A stretch of DNA of 64,000 nt from Mobula hypostoma. Its lineage: Eukaryota. Positions 38,691-51,577 of this stretch are shown in pieces. The stretch covers positions 179,740,001-179,804,000 of the forward strand of contig NC_086097.1 in NCBI RefSeq assembly GCF_963921235.1, in the 5' to 3' direction. Each line of letters opens with the position of its first letter. The first letter of the stretch is position 1. Both the position numbers and the translations under genes were made by a program. The notes under the pieces are model-generated. The model did not search any database and had not been told where the DNA came from. It worked only from the letters and a program-made list of their open reading frames with translations.

Positions 38691-40019
38691 TTGCACAGTA
38701 AGTGTCACTTAGGGCTCTTGCCTGTGATGGTACCTTCACTCACTGCCTTGGAGTGTAGCAGAGTGGCCACACTTTTGTGAGCAGTGAGAGTCAGCTGTTA
38801 CTGTCTGTCCCTCAAGGGAGGAGCTTTGTGCTCCAGAGTTAGCCTTGCAGAGATGCTACTACCTCACAGCTCCACTGACCCAGGTTCGATCTTGATCTCA
38901 GGTGCTTTCTGTGTGGAGTTTGCATGTTCTAACCCCAGGTGATCCGGTTTACTCCCACATACTAACATGATGTGGGGCTGTCGGGTTAACCGGCTGCTGT
39001 AAGTTACCCCCCAGAACAGTGAGGAGCAGGAGGCATCACAATGGGGAAAATAACTGGGAAAACAGCACTGTTGGGAACACTCTGTGTCAGCATTAACTGA
39101 ATAGGCCAAATAGCCCCCTATTTCATAGGAAATAATAATGACCTGTTTGGCAAAGTATTTGTAAACATCAACAAATGCTTCTCCAGTGTTGTACACTGTA
39201 CCATTAATTGCACCCCCAACACACACTACATCACTTTATCAATGACTTCTGGTTCCTGGTGTGCCTGATGTTGAACAGACTAATCTTCTGTACATCAACT
39301 TTATGCACCTCTGTGCTCATCCCTCTTCCCACTGGAAAAAGAACAAAGACCCCCTACTCCTCCCCTCCCACCCCACCATCTCCACATGCAATGGACCGTA
39401 CTTTGCAACTTTTGTCAGCTCCAGAGAAAGTCCACCAGCAGACCCTTCTCCCCCTCCCCTTCAATATTTCAGTAGGATCGTTCCCTTTACTATTCCCTGG
39501 TATGCACTTCTCATAGAGTAATACAGAACAGAAACAGGCCCTTTGGCCCAACTGGTCCATGCTGACCACAGCATCTCCCTGCAAAGTCCCAGAGGCCTGC
39601 ATTCATCCCATAACCCCTCCAAGCCCCTTCCCTACACATATCAATCCAAATGTCTCTTATATGTTGCAACTGGACCTGCCTCGACGACTTCTTCATTCCA
39701 ATCATTCACTACCCTCTGTATAAAGAAGTTACCTATCAGGTCCCTTTTAAATTTCTCCCTTCCTGTATCCGGTTTTGGATTCCCCAACCCTGGGAAAAAG
39801 ACTGACTGTCCATCTTATCCATATCCCTCATAATTTTATAGACCAATAAGGACACCCCTTATTTTCCTATGCTCTAGGCCTGGGGCGTACAAAAAGTTGG
39901 GAACCCCTTCCTAGGGAATAAAGATCCAGCGATCTATCCCCCGCCCCCCCACCTACTGTAACCCCTCCCCCCAGTTTTACACCATTTTCCTTTGCAGCTG
40001 TAAGAGTCAACTCCCATCT

Positions 40020-40430
40020 TTTCCCCTCTTCCCTTCCCACCATCCAAGGACACAATCAGCCCTACCCAGTGAAGGAGCCATTCACCTGCATTCCATCCAA
40101 CCCAGTGTACTGAATTCAGTGTTCATACTGTGGTCTCCTGTGCACTGGGGAAACCAAATGCAGATTGGGAACTGCTTTGTGGAGCAACTGTATTCAATCC
40201 AGAAGGGTGATCCTGAGCTTCCCCTTGACTGCCATTTTAAATCCCCATCCCACTCCCACTCTGCCCCATCTCTTACTATTTCTTTCAGTTAGTCCTGACG
40301 AAGGGTCTCGGCCCGAAACGTCGACTGTACCTCTTCCTATAGATGCTGCCTGGCCTGCTGCGTTCACCAGCATTTTTTGTGTGTGTTGCTTGAATTTCCA
40401 GCATCTGCAGATTTCCTCGTGTTTGCGTCC
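40020..40430 (+). mobile_element. Penelope-like element 3' part: GIY-YIG endonuclease remnant followed by a pseudo-LTR end with a hammerhead motif
   Basis: Decayed reading TIQG...FTC..NPVY*IQCSYCGLLCTGET..RLG...HF.SPSHSH; hammerhead at 40291-40326; tail ...CAGCATCTGCAGATTTCCTCGTGTTT. Confidence 0.8.
40291..40326 (+). ncRNA. Minimal type I hammerhead ribozyme motif (Penelope-type)
   Basis: AGTC-CTGACGA-A-GGGTCTCGGCCC-GAAAC-GTC^-GACT: stem I AGTC/GACT, intact core, stem II GGG/CCC, palindromic ACGT stem III. Confidence 0.75.
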
Positions 40431-41719
40431 TACTGGCGCTATTGGCTCAATCAGTCCTATATCACTGTCCATCTCCTGTTTCATGTTCTCACAAATGATT
40501 TTACATAAGAACTAACTTTCCTTGATATGTTTTTGTTTTTACAGAGCCTTCACAGACACAACCTAGTTGTATTTGCCTTGCTGGGTTACTTGGAAATTAC
40601 TGAACTGACGGGTGCTCAGGTATCCTGCTCTCATGCATTCTGTCCATTTACAGCACTTCAGGGAATAAGGAACAGAAGCTTGGATATGGACAAATGCCTG
40701 GTCTGACATTTGCAGAGCGTACAGTAGAATGTAGAACAGCGCAGCACAGGTACGGGCCCTCCGGCCCGAATCCGAATCGGGTATATTATCACTCTGTTAT
40801 ATGATGTGAAATTTGTTATTTTGTGGCAGCAGTACAGTGGAAGACACGAAGATTACTACAAGTTACAGAATTAAATTAACTACAAAAGCTGAATAATGCA
40901 GTAGTGTTCATGGACCATTCAGAAATAAGATGATGGGGAGGAAGGTGTTCTTAACATTTTGCCAAATTAAACTGAATCCCATCACGTGTAAGTGATTCTT
41001 ATCTCTCCATTCCCTGAACATTAGAGTCATAGAGTACTAGAACACAGAAACAGGCCCTTCAGCCCATCTAGTCTGTGCCAAACTATTGCTATGTCTAGTC
41101 CCACAGAACTGTATCTGCACTATAGCACTCCATCCCCCTCCCCATCCATGTACCCATCCAAATTTCTCTTAAATATTAAAATTGAACCTGCATCCGCCAT
41201 TTCCGCTGGCCGCTCGCTCCACACTCCCCCTCTTGTACCCCCACTTTTCAGCCTTAACCCATGACCTTTAGTTCTAGTCTCACCCAACCTCAGTGGAAAA
41301 AAGCCTAAGTTCATTTACCCTATCTATGCCCCTCATATTTGGTATTCCTCTATCTAATATGCCTTAATTCTTCTACGCTCTAGGGAACAAAGTCCTAACC
41401 TATTCAACCTTTCCCTATAACTCAGTTCCTCAAGTCCTGGCAACATCCTTTGCACGCTTTCAATCCCTGTGGCACACCACTGGTCATAGTCCTTCGTTCA
41501 TAGAGGCAACCATCTCCGACCACTTTCTGGCTTCTTCCACAAAGTCAATGACAAATTCAATTTATGGCCTCATCCCGAATGCCAAGTGACAGAACTCTCT
41601 TGACCAAACTCCGATGAAGGACCTTGTCAAAGGCCTAGTAATAAACTCATTTGTAACATAAGCAGGAGCAGTTGGAACAGTCTGCATGCCACAGTTCCCG
41701 AGGAGAACTGTGGCGTGCA

Positions 41720-42370
41720 CAATTAGGTAATTGGCATGGGCCAAGAAAAAGTTAGGTTTAAGCAGAGCAGCCATTGTATGAGTGGGGGGCCCAGGCTTTG
41801 GCTCAGAGAGCTTTTTCATTCAAGAGAGATTTTTGTTCACTTTTTTCTTTCTTTCTTATTGCACAGTTAGACCAGTGGGAATGCCAGGCAAGACAGTAGA
41901 ATGCTCCTCTTGCGGGATGTGGGAAGGCAGGGAGACCTCCAGTGGCCCTGACAACCACACCTACAAGAAGGGCATCCATTTGCAGCTTCTTTCAGTCTAT
42001 GGTGGGCAAGTTATTGGAAGGTATTCAAAAGGACCGGATATATAAGTATTTGGATAGACAGGGATAGCCAATGTGGCTTTTGCATGGTAGGTTATATCTA
42101 ACCAATCTTATACAGTTTTTTGAAAATGTTACCAGGAAAGTTGATGGAGGTAAGACAAAATGAATGGGCTGCAAAATGGCAGATAGAATTTAAAACAGAC
42201 GTGCAAGGTTTTGCACTTCGGTAGGACCAACCAGGGTAGGTATTACACAGTGAACAGTAGGGCACTGAGGAGTATGGTAGAACAAAGGGATCTGGGAATA
42301 CAGGTACATAATTCATTAAAAGTGGCATCACATGTTTGTAGATAGGGTCATAAATAAAGCTTTTGGCAAA
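41720..42370 (+). mobile_element. Internally deleted CR1: 5'UTR plus ORF1 zinc-finger start joined to RT pieces
   Basis: MPGKTVECSSCGMWE...HLQLL resembles the CR1 ORF1 N-terminus; followed by RT-region remnants. Confidence 0.7.
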
Positions 42371-42371
42371 T

Positions 42372-42765
42372 AGGCCTCCGCACCATCTACCACAAGAGGG
42401 ACTCCTGGTGGCCAAACATTTTAATTCCGATTCCCATTCCCATTCTGACATGTCAGTCCAAGGCCTTCCCTTGTGCCAAGATGAGGCCATCCTCAGGGTG
42501 AAGAAGCAACCCTGGGTAGTCTCCAACTTGTTGGCATGAATATTGATTTCTCTTTCCAATAAACAGATTCCACCCCCCTCCCCACTTCTTCTATTCCCTA
42601 CTGAACTGAACTTTTCTCTCTTCTCACCTGCCTATTACATCCCCCTAGGTCCTCTCCTCCTTCCCTTTGTTTTATGGTCCACCCTCCTCTCCTATCAGAT
42701 TCCCTCTTCTCCAGCCCTTGACCTTTCCCACCCACTTGGCTTCACCTATCACCTTCCAACTAGCC
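42372..42765 (+). mobile_element. Penelope-like endonuclease C-terminal fragment plus C/T-rich pseudo-LTR part
   Basis: VAKHFNSDSHSHSDMSVQGL...GSLQLVGMNIDFS. Confidence 0.72.
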
Positions 42766-43717
42766 TCCAAAGATTGGCTGAAATCTGGAACTCACTGGCA
42801 TGCAGTGGTAGATTCAGATGCAATCGCTATGTTTCAGAGATATTTGGATAGACCCTTAAATAACAGACAAGGGGCAGTCCTAACAAGAGCAAATGAGATT
42901 AGTGTAGAGTGACAAGGTGGTCAGCATGGACACGATGGGCTGAAAGGACTGTTTCTGTGCTATGAGTGAGTGTGGCTTGAAACAACAACCTCCAGACCCA
43001 GGGGTGGACAGTGTGGCAACACAACATCCAGTGGTAAATATAGCTGTGGTACAAGCCAGCTCCTGTGCCCCAGATTCCAATCCTCCTTCCCTCAATGTTT
43101 ACGCAAATTTTAAAGAGGGCGGTTGTCCAAGTAAAGCTGGGTTACTAAAACTAGCTAGAGACAAAGGCACTTCAAAAAAAATGTTGTGGCTCCAGGCCAA
43201 GACATTGGCCAATTTCTGGTTGATACATCCAGACATTCCTGTAATGAGCAATTCTAGATTTTCAAATGACTCTGCACAGCCTGCAGAGAGGAGTTTTTGA
43301 GGGCTGTTCCAGCAGACCTTACAGTTCGTGCACAACTTTCCATTTGTTTTCTGAGGTCAAAATTCCAATGAAGGAATTTGCAAAAGCATTTGTTACTGTG
43401 TGTTTTGTAACCACATTAAACCAGTTGTGAGGAACGATGTTCGCACAGTAATCAGTAACATAGGGTGTGCAACAGGTCCAAAGGTGAATATTTAACAGGA
43501 GCAACTATTATACTGCTCCACAAAACAGAACTTCCTTAAAATGCCAAAGCAGGCTACAAGGGACAAACTCGAAATAAGCTCTTAGCATAAGGTTACTGAA
43601 GGAGGAACAATCTTCTTAATAACAACAGACTCTGACAGTAAAGGTAGAAAATGCTGGAAACACTTAGCTGGTCAAGCAGTATATGTGGAGTTAGTGCTTC
43701 AGGGTGAAATTCCTTAA

Positions 43718-44268
43718 GGTTGATGTATACTTGTGCGTCAAATGTACGTAGGTACAGCGTACCCTACACTGTACTTTACGCCAAATCCTAATGCGTACCT
43801 CTCCCAAAATGGAACTACGCGTCCTGACGACGCAGACCACAACAACTGTGATTGGTCCACTTGGTAGCATCGCATTTCCTCCTACGCGCTTGCCATTGGG
43901 CGACTGAAGGGCAGGGAAGGAACTCTGGCTGCAATACTTTCCATAAAGCTTAACAGACCTCCGAAATTATGGAGGACCCTGTGCTTGATGCCAGTTTGTA
44001 GCTAGCTGCTACAGCCTGTTGACTTCCACCTGAAGCTAAAACTCGAATGGTGATTGCCAGCCTGAGTATACTGTGCGTACACTGATGCAAAATAAATCAT
44101 TGGAACGATGAACCAAATCGTCAAATCTACCTGCCAACATCCGAAAATATTTGAAATACATTTCCTCATCCATGTCTCTCAGTGGCCGGACAAGCACAGA
44201 AAATTCACCCTCCTTCAGCTTCAGTCGCCATTGTTTGAAGTTTGAGTTTCTTCGTGTTGAGTTTCAAC
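43718..44268 (-). mobile_element. Second, truncated copy of the same Harbinger derivative in inverted orientation
   Basis: Reverse-complement match to about 46720-47237; single TIR GGTTGATGTATACTTGTGCGT after CCTTAA. Confidence 0.85.
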
Positions 44269-46557
44269 AGTCAGCCTTTAGTCAGAACTGGAATATATTT
44301 AAGCTGAGATGCTAATTCAGTTTCTCTCTCCTTGTGTGCGGCTCTCGTCATCCAACTGTAGGAAGGATATCGTTAAGTTAGAGAGGGTGTAGAAAAGATT
44401 CACACTGAGGTTGTGAGGACTGGGTGGTTATAATGGGAGAAACTGAATAGGCTGCAGTGGTTTCACTGAGTGCAGGAGTCTGAGGGGTGACCTTACAGAA
44501 GTTCATAAAATTATGAGGGGCCCAGGGTAGGAAAGTCTAAAACTGGAGGGCATAGGTTTAAGGAATGTGGGGAAAGATTTAAAGGGTGTCTTTTAACACA
44601 GATGTTAAAGGGTATTGTAACAAGCTGCCTGAGTAAGTGGTTACAATTACAGTAATTAAAAGACACATGAACAGGTACAGGGATAGGAAAAGTTTAGAGG
44701 GATGTGAGCCAAACATAGGCAGATGAGACAACCTGTCCAGAGGAAGTGTCTAGACATGAAATTTCTGTCCACGGATGCTGCCTGACCTGCTGAGTTCCTC
44801 CAGAGTTTTGTGTGCTACTCCAGATTTCAGCATCTGCAGCCTCTTATGTCTGCAAATGGGACCAACTCGGGAAGGTACCTTGGTCAGTATGGACAAGTTG
44901 GGCTGAAGGGCTCATTCTTATGCAGCATAACTCCTCTCCTCAGACAATGGGACTACTTTAGTATCTATGTAAGTGTCCAGTCATTTTCACCACCTCCTCA
45001 ATCACTTTCTTTCAGTTGTGAATCTTTGGAAGTCTTCCTCTTTTGCCCCTGTATCGAGAACATTTAAACCCAAGGCTGGTAAACCCATTTTTCTGGATGC
45101 TAAGTAAATTGAGGATTCAGGGACTGGACAGGCACATGGACCTGCAATAATGGTTCAGCTGTGATCTAATTCAATGGAGCAGGCTTTACAGGATGTTGGT
45201 AATCTCCCGTTCCTCAGTGCCTCTAAGATTGCCCATCACACCACCAATATTTGGATACACTTTCTTGCCCTCAATGAATATTATAACAGAAGCTGAGCAA
45301 AATTGCGGCACAACTCTCAATTCCAGAGACCCAGGCTCAATCCTGAGCTCTGGCACTGTCTGTCTAGAGTCTGCACATTCTCCCTGTGTCCACATTGGTT
45401 CCCCCCCACCACCCAAGTGCTCTGGTTTCCCTCCACATCCTAAAACATGTGGCTTGCTAAGTTAGTTGTCTGCTGTAGATTGTACTTAGTGCAGGTGAGT
45501 GAATCTAGGGGCAACACAGAAATGCAGAGACAACCCGGTCCATCACAGGCACAGCCCTTCCCACCAAAGACAGCATCCACAAGAGGCACCACCTCAAGGA
45601 GGTCATATCTGTCAACAAGGATCCCCACCATCTAGGTCATATGATTTTTTTCACATATATTGTTCGGCTGGAGTTGTAGACATCTGAAGTCCCACACCAC
45701 TAGGCTCAGGAACAGCTACTCCCCTTCAACCTATGCATTCTTGAACTGACCTGCACAATCCTAATCGTTACCTCTGCACGGAACACTACAGATCACCACT
45801 TGCACTACCATGAACTTGTCTCTGATTGTGCCTCTCTTTCGCACTAATATCTTGCTTTTACAGTCGCTGTTTCTCTGTCTTCACAGTCTTGTACAGTTTG
45901 TTTACGTATAATTTATATACTGTGAGTTGTTTTTACTTCTGTGCCCACGATGCTGCTGCAGGCAGGTTTTACACTGTGCCTGTACCTCATCTACTACTCC
46001 CTCGACTCAGGCACTTGTGCATGTGACAATAAACTCGACTGGACTTGAAAACATTTTCAGACAGCAGATATCTTGAATTCACTGCCTGAAAGGGTGACAG
46101 AAGCAGTTCAATAGGTGCATTTAATGTCAGAGAAATGTATACAATATACATCCTGAAATGCTTTTTCAATCATTAATTTCAAAAAGATGGACAGTTGGAG
46201 TGGAAAATACCAAGGACTATGGGGGAAGTAACTGGCTTGTTCTCACGGAGAGCTATTGAGAGTCAAGGGCCTGAACGTCCAACTGTACAATTCTGTAACT
46301 GAGATATGTCTAATATTGAAGCAGACACTGAATAAGCAGATTTAATTTCCTTAACACATAGCTGTGTAAAAGGCTATGGCCAATGTCTTGTTTTACACAA
46401 TTTTTCCTTCATTGTCTTGTTCAATGACTGCATAATTGATATCCCGTGTATTGTCTGTACCTACAGGTGTGTGCCAGTGATGCTGCTACTACAAATACCT
46501 GTAGCACACTGTACTTGTGAATACGTCAGGAATTGGGGAGAAATGCAAAAGCCTTAA

Positions 46558-47237
46558 GGCTGATTTATACTTGTGCGTACTAGCTTACGCCGTAGCCTAC
46601 GCAAGTGGGCTACGCCGTTGTGAGTATTTATACTTGTGTGTTGGTGTGTTTGTGTCGCCCTGCAATTCACCGCCAAAACGCTAGTTGGCGGTGGGGTTTC
46701 TATGCCACTGTGTTGAGTTTCTTCGTGTTGAAACTCAAACAATGGCGACTGAAACTGAAGGCTTGTCCGGCCACTGAGAGACATGGTTGAGGAAATGCAT
46801 TTCAAATATTTTCAAACGTCGGCAGGTAGATTTGACGATTTGGCTCATCGTCTCCAACAATTTATTTTGCATCAGTGTACGCACAGTATACCCAGAGACT
46901 GGCAATCACCATTCAAGTTTTAGCTTTAAGTGGAAGTCAACAGGCTGTAGCAGCTAGCTACAAACTGGCGTCAAGCACGGGGTCCTCCATAATTTCGGGT
47001 AATTGCAGCCAGAGTTCCTTCCCTGCCCTTCAGTCGCTGAATGGGAAGCTAGTACAGCGTAGGAGGAAATGCGATGTTACCAAGCGGACCAATCACAGTT
47101 GTTGCAGTCTGCGTCGCCATGACGCGTAGTTACATTTTTGGGGAGGTGCACGTCAGGTTACGGCGTAGGGTACAGTGTAGGTTACGTGGCTACGCTGTAC
47201 CTACGGCATCGATTTGACGCACAAGTATAAATTGGCC
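46558..47237 (+). mobile_element. Non-autonomous PIF/Harbinger DNA transposon (680 bp, both TIRs)
   Basis: TIR GGCYRATTTATACTTGTGCGT at both ends, flanked by TTAA. Internal transposase remnants [48 protein letters not shown] and EFLPCPSVAEWE. Confidence 0.85.
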
Positions 47238-50200
47238 TTAAACTACGTACCTTCAGGCTCAAGGACAGCTTCTATCCCGTTGTTAGAAGATGAATGAATA
47301 GTTCCCTAGTATAAGATGGACTATTGACCTCACAATATACCTCATTATGGCCTTTACACCATATTGTTTGCTGGCACTGATCTTTCTCTGTAACACTTTA
47401 TTCTGCATTCTGTTATTGTTTCCCCTTGTACTACTTCAATGCACTGTTGGAATGAATTGACCTGTATGAACACTATGCAAGAAAAGTGTTTTCACTGTAA
47501 CTTTTTTCACATGACATTAGACCAATTTATATTTGACTTTGACTTAAATAGGTGACAGGAAAAATTAATGTGAATTGGGATTGACCTGTGAGCCAGCACA
47601 GACTCAGTGGGCTGAATGGCCTTTCCCAGATGGGCTGTTACCTCAACCCCAGATTTGCTGCTACTCCTCTCCCAGCTGTGCTGTTACCCCAAATGTGCTG
47701 TCACAAAATCTGATAAAGGGGCAATTGTCAAGGTACAGATACAGGGAGCTTGTATTGACCTTGTATAAAACACTGGCCTAGACACAGCTGGAATATTGGG
47801 AGCATGAGGTCATTGTTTTGCAACTCACTGTCTGTAGGGGGGGGGGAATGGAAATAGGTCCAATACAAGCTTTCGGAAGGGAACTGGGGTGGCTCTGGAG
47901 AGAGAATAATTCGCAGAGATGTGGGGAAATAGCAGAGGAACAGGACAGAGCTAGCAGAGACCCAGTGGGATGAATGGCCTCCTGCTGTGCCACAGCCATT
48001 TTACAATGAGACCTCAGAGCGATATACTTGCCTGCTCCTCGTTTCAAGTGTAAACTGGAGCTTACACCCAGTGATTCACGTCTTCAGTCTGCAACTTATC
48101 TTCCCAAAATTTCAAACAATTGGGCAACTGTTACAGCACTCTCACTTTGTATCTCTCAGTGTGGGAACTCCTACACTCCCACAGCTGTCCGTGTTAAATT
48201 GTTGTCAGAGATCTCTTGGAGTTGGACTGAAAGTGGTAAAAACTATCAACACTCAGCATCTGAGCCTTAGTGGAGGATTTCTTCCAGGGAACGAAGATGC
48301 CATTGCTCCCAGTCTGAGCTGCTGAGCTCCTCAGCTCCTTGACGTGTTACTTCCAGTATCTGCAGTCATCAATTATTGACACTGAATTCTAGTCGTTCTA
48401 GCCCTGATTTAAGGTAATCATCTCAAACATTAACTGTCTCGTTCTCCACAGATGCTACCTGATCTGTTGAACTTTCCAACATTTTCTGTTTTTATTTCAC
48501 ATGTCAGTGTCACTGCTGCTTACAATTCTGGTCAACTAATTACAAGAGGACGTGAAGGCTTTGGAGAGGGGGCAGAAAAAATTCAACACAAAGTTGCTTG
48601 GGTTATGTGGTATGAGCTATATGGAGAAGTCAGAAAAACATGCATTGTTCTCCCTGAAACATCAGAGACTGGGGAGATTTGATAAAAGTTTATAAAATTA
48701 TGAGACGTGTGGATAAAATGGGCAGTCAGTTTTTCTTCCAGGATAGGAACAACAAGTATTAGGTTGCATGCACTTAAGGTGAAAGGGGGAAACTTTAAAG
48801 GAGTTGTGTGGGGCAAGTATTTTTTTATATACAGTGCCTGGAATGGGTTGCCTGGGGTGGTGGTGGAAGTGGATGTAATAGTGGCATTTAACAGGTATTT
48901 AGAGGGACACATGAATATCCAGGGTATGGAGGGGGAGGAGGAAAAAGATAACAGGCAGGCAGATGGGATTAGTTTTATTCAGCACAAATACAGTGAGCTG
49001 AAGGGCCAGTTCCTGTGCTACGCTGTTTTATGTTCCACATTCTACATTTTATGTTCTGTGTTCTATTTTCAGCATCTGCAGTTTTCGCTTTTCAATGTTT
49101 AATTCTTCTCTACTTTGTACATTGTTGGTGAACTCAATTTAATGGAATAGAAATAGTAATTATTGAGTTGTAGAGCAATACAGCATGGATTCAGACCCTT
49201 CGGCTCAACAAGTCCATGCCAACCGCATTGCTCACCCAGCTAGTCCCAATTTCCTCTGTCTGGCCCATATCCCAACAACCCTGCCTCTCTATATGCTTAT
49301 CCAGACTTCTTAAATTATGCTTGTAATTCTTAAATTACGTTGTACCTGCAACATCCACTACCTCTGGCAGCTCCTTCCATATACCCAACACTAATTTTAA
49401 ATAGTCTATAATGTTGCCCCTTATTCTCCTACGCTCTAAGAAATAAAGACCCAGTCTGGCCAACTTCTCCCTATATCTTTGGCTCTTGAGTGCTGGTAAC
49501 ATCCTCGTAAGTCTTTTCTGCACTCTTTCCAGCTTAATTATGTCTTTCCTATAACAGGGTGACCAGAACTGTATTCCAAATGTAGCCTCTCCAGGGACTT
49601 AAACAACTGCAAAATAACATTTAAAAAAAAAGGAACATACTATATTCTAATCGAAAACACAGGAGATTTTGTAGATGCTAGAAACATTCACAGTGTGTTT
49701 CGAAGTACATGTGATAAGTAAATCTGAAACTGAATCTTGAACAACACAATGATTCTAACATACACAATATGCAGGAGGGAGTCTGCAAGTCAGGCAGCAT
49801 GTATGGAAGGAAATACACAGTCAACATTTTGGGCCGAGACCCTTCATCAGGACTGGAGAGGAAAGAGGCACAAGCCAGAATAGTGAGGGGGGAGAGAGGC
49901 GTACAAGCTGGTAGGTGATGGGTCAGACCGGGTGAGGGGGAAATGGTTGGGTGGGGGGAGGGATGAAGTAAGAAACAGGGAGGGGATAGGTGGAAGATGT
50001 AGTAGCTGAGACAGATAGAATAAGATTTAAAAGCTATTTGGATAGGAGAGGTTTAAATGGATATAGGCCAAACACCAGGAAATGAAACCAGCTTAGATGG
50101 GAATCTTAGCCTGCGTGGACGAGTTTCTGATTCCTTATTACTCTTTGGGCTCTATGATTAGGAAATAATTAAAACAATTAGAAAAAAAAACATTAAAAAT

Positions 50201-51577
50201 ATATGACTGAATCACTCGTTCTTCCCCTTCCCTATTTTGGTTTTCATCCACTTGTGGAAGGGGTCACAGGGAGAGACATGCAGGGACAGATGTGCTAACA
50301 TCTGGTTCATTGTGGGTCTGCGTCAGTCTGGAGTTTCTCTTCTCTGGCACGGCTGGTGAGCAGTGATTCCTTTGGGAAATACTGCCCAGAACAGGCTCTC
50401 CCGAGTTCACAGGACACAGCTCAGCATGCCACAATTGAATGGTCTCCTAGTATGAAAAGATGGACTCTTCGCCTCACAATCTACCTCTTTATGATCTCGC
50501 ACTTTATTGTCTGTAACTGTTACACCTTATTTCTGCGATGTTATTACATTCCCCTTGCACTACCTCATTGTGATGAAGTGATCTGCACGGATGGCATACA
50601 GAAACAAAGCTTTTCACTGTACCTTGGTACTGTGACAATAATAAACCAACGTAATCTAATTTAACCACAGGACACTTGGATAGCCAAGGCTGCATTTCTC
50701 CAAAGAAAGAAGGTGTTGAAAGGAGATTGGTGTGCCAACCCTCAGTTCCAGCTTTGTGATGAGCTTACTTTCAGGTCAACAAGGCTTATTGCTAGCCTCA
50801 GCTTTATAGCAGAAACTGGCCAAAGTTTAAGATGCTTGTTAATCTTCTAACTGCTTGAAGTAATCAAAAGAATCAGTAGAGTCTAAATTTGCCCAAGTAG
50901 ATATTCCATCCACCTGACCTGATCAATGTATCTGAGAAACGGCCCAAACAGGTGATGCCAAGTTGTTAAAACAAATGATATAAATATTAGAAGGCAGCAA
51001 AGATGGGAAAGTGTTACAGAAATCAAAACATAGAATCACTCCTCAGCATCAGTTCATGAAGGATCACTCTCCAGAAGTGTCTTTCTCTGACAGGGACTTC
51101 TTTGTCCGTATGTCTCCCTAGTTCATAAGAAATATACTTGTGTTTTGGAAATCATTTGTAATTTATAAACTTAATTCAAGAAATATTTCTCAGAAATAAA
51201 CATGCTTCAATTAAAAACATAACTGTATCCAATCATCAGGAACATGTACAAAATGCTGGAGGAACTCAATAGGTCAGGCAGCATCTATGGAGGAGAATAA
51301 ACAGACAACTTTTCAGGCTGAGACCTTTTTTCTCTGCTTCGTTAGCTAGAAGAATCTCCCCTTTGGATGGAAGAAATGTCCTCCCACTTGAAATAGTGAT
51401 TGTTAATAGTTTAAAAACCTACAGAAAAAGAGATTAAAGTGGTGGAGTAAATTACTCTTTGTATTATAGGTTGATATAGTATAATCTCCCTGAAATGTAG
51501 ACATGCCACCAAAGACTCTACCGACGTATGCTGGAGAGCATTCTGGCTGGTTGGAGCACAACCTGGTACAGCGCCTC

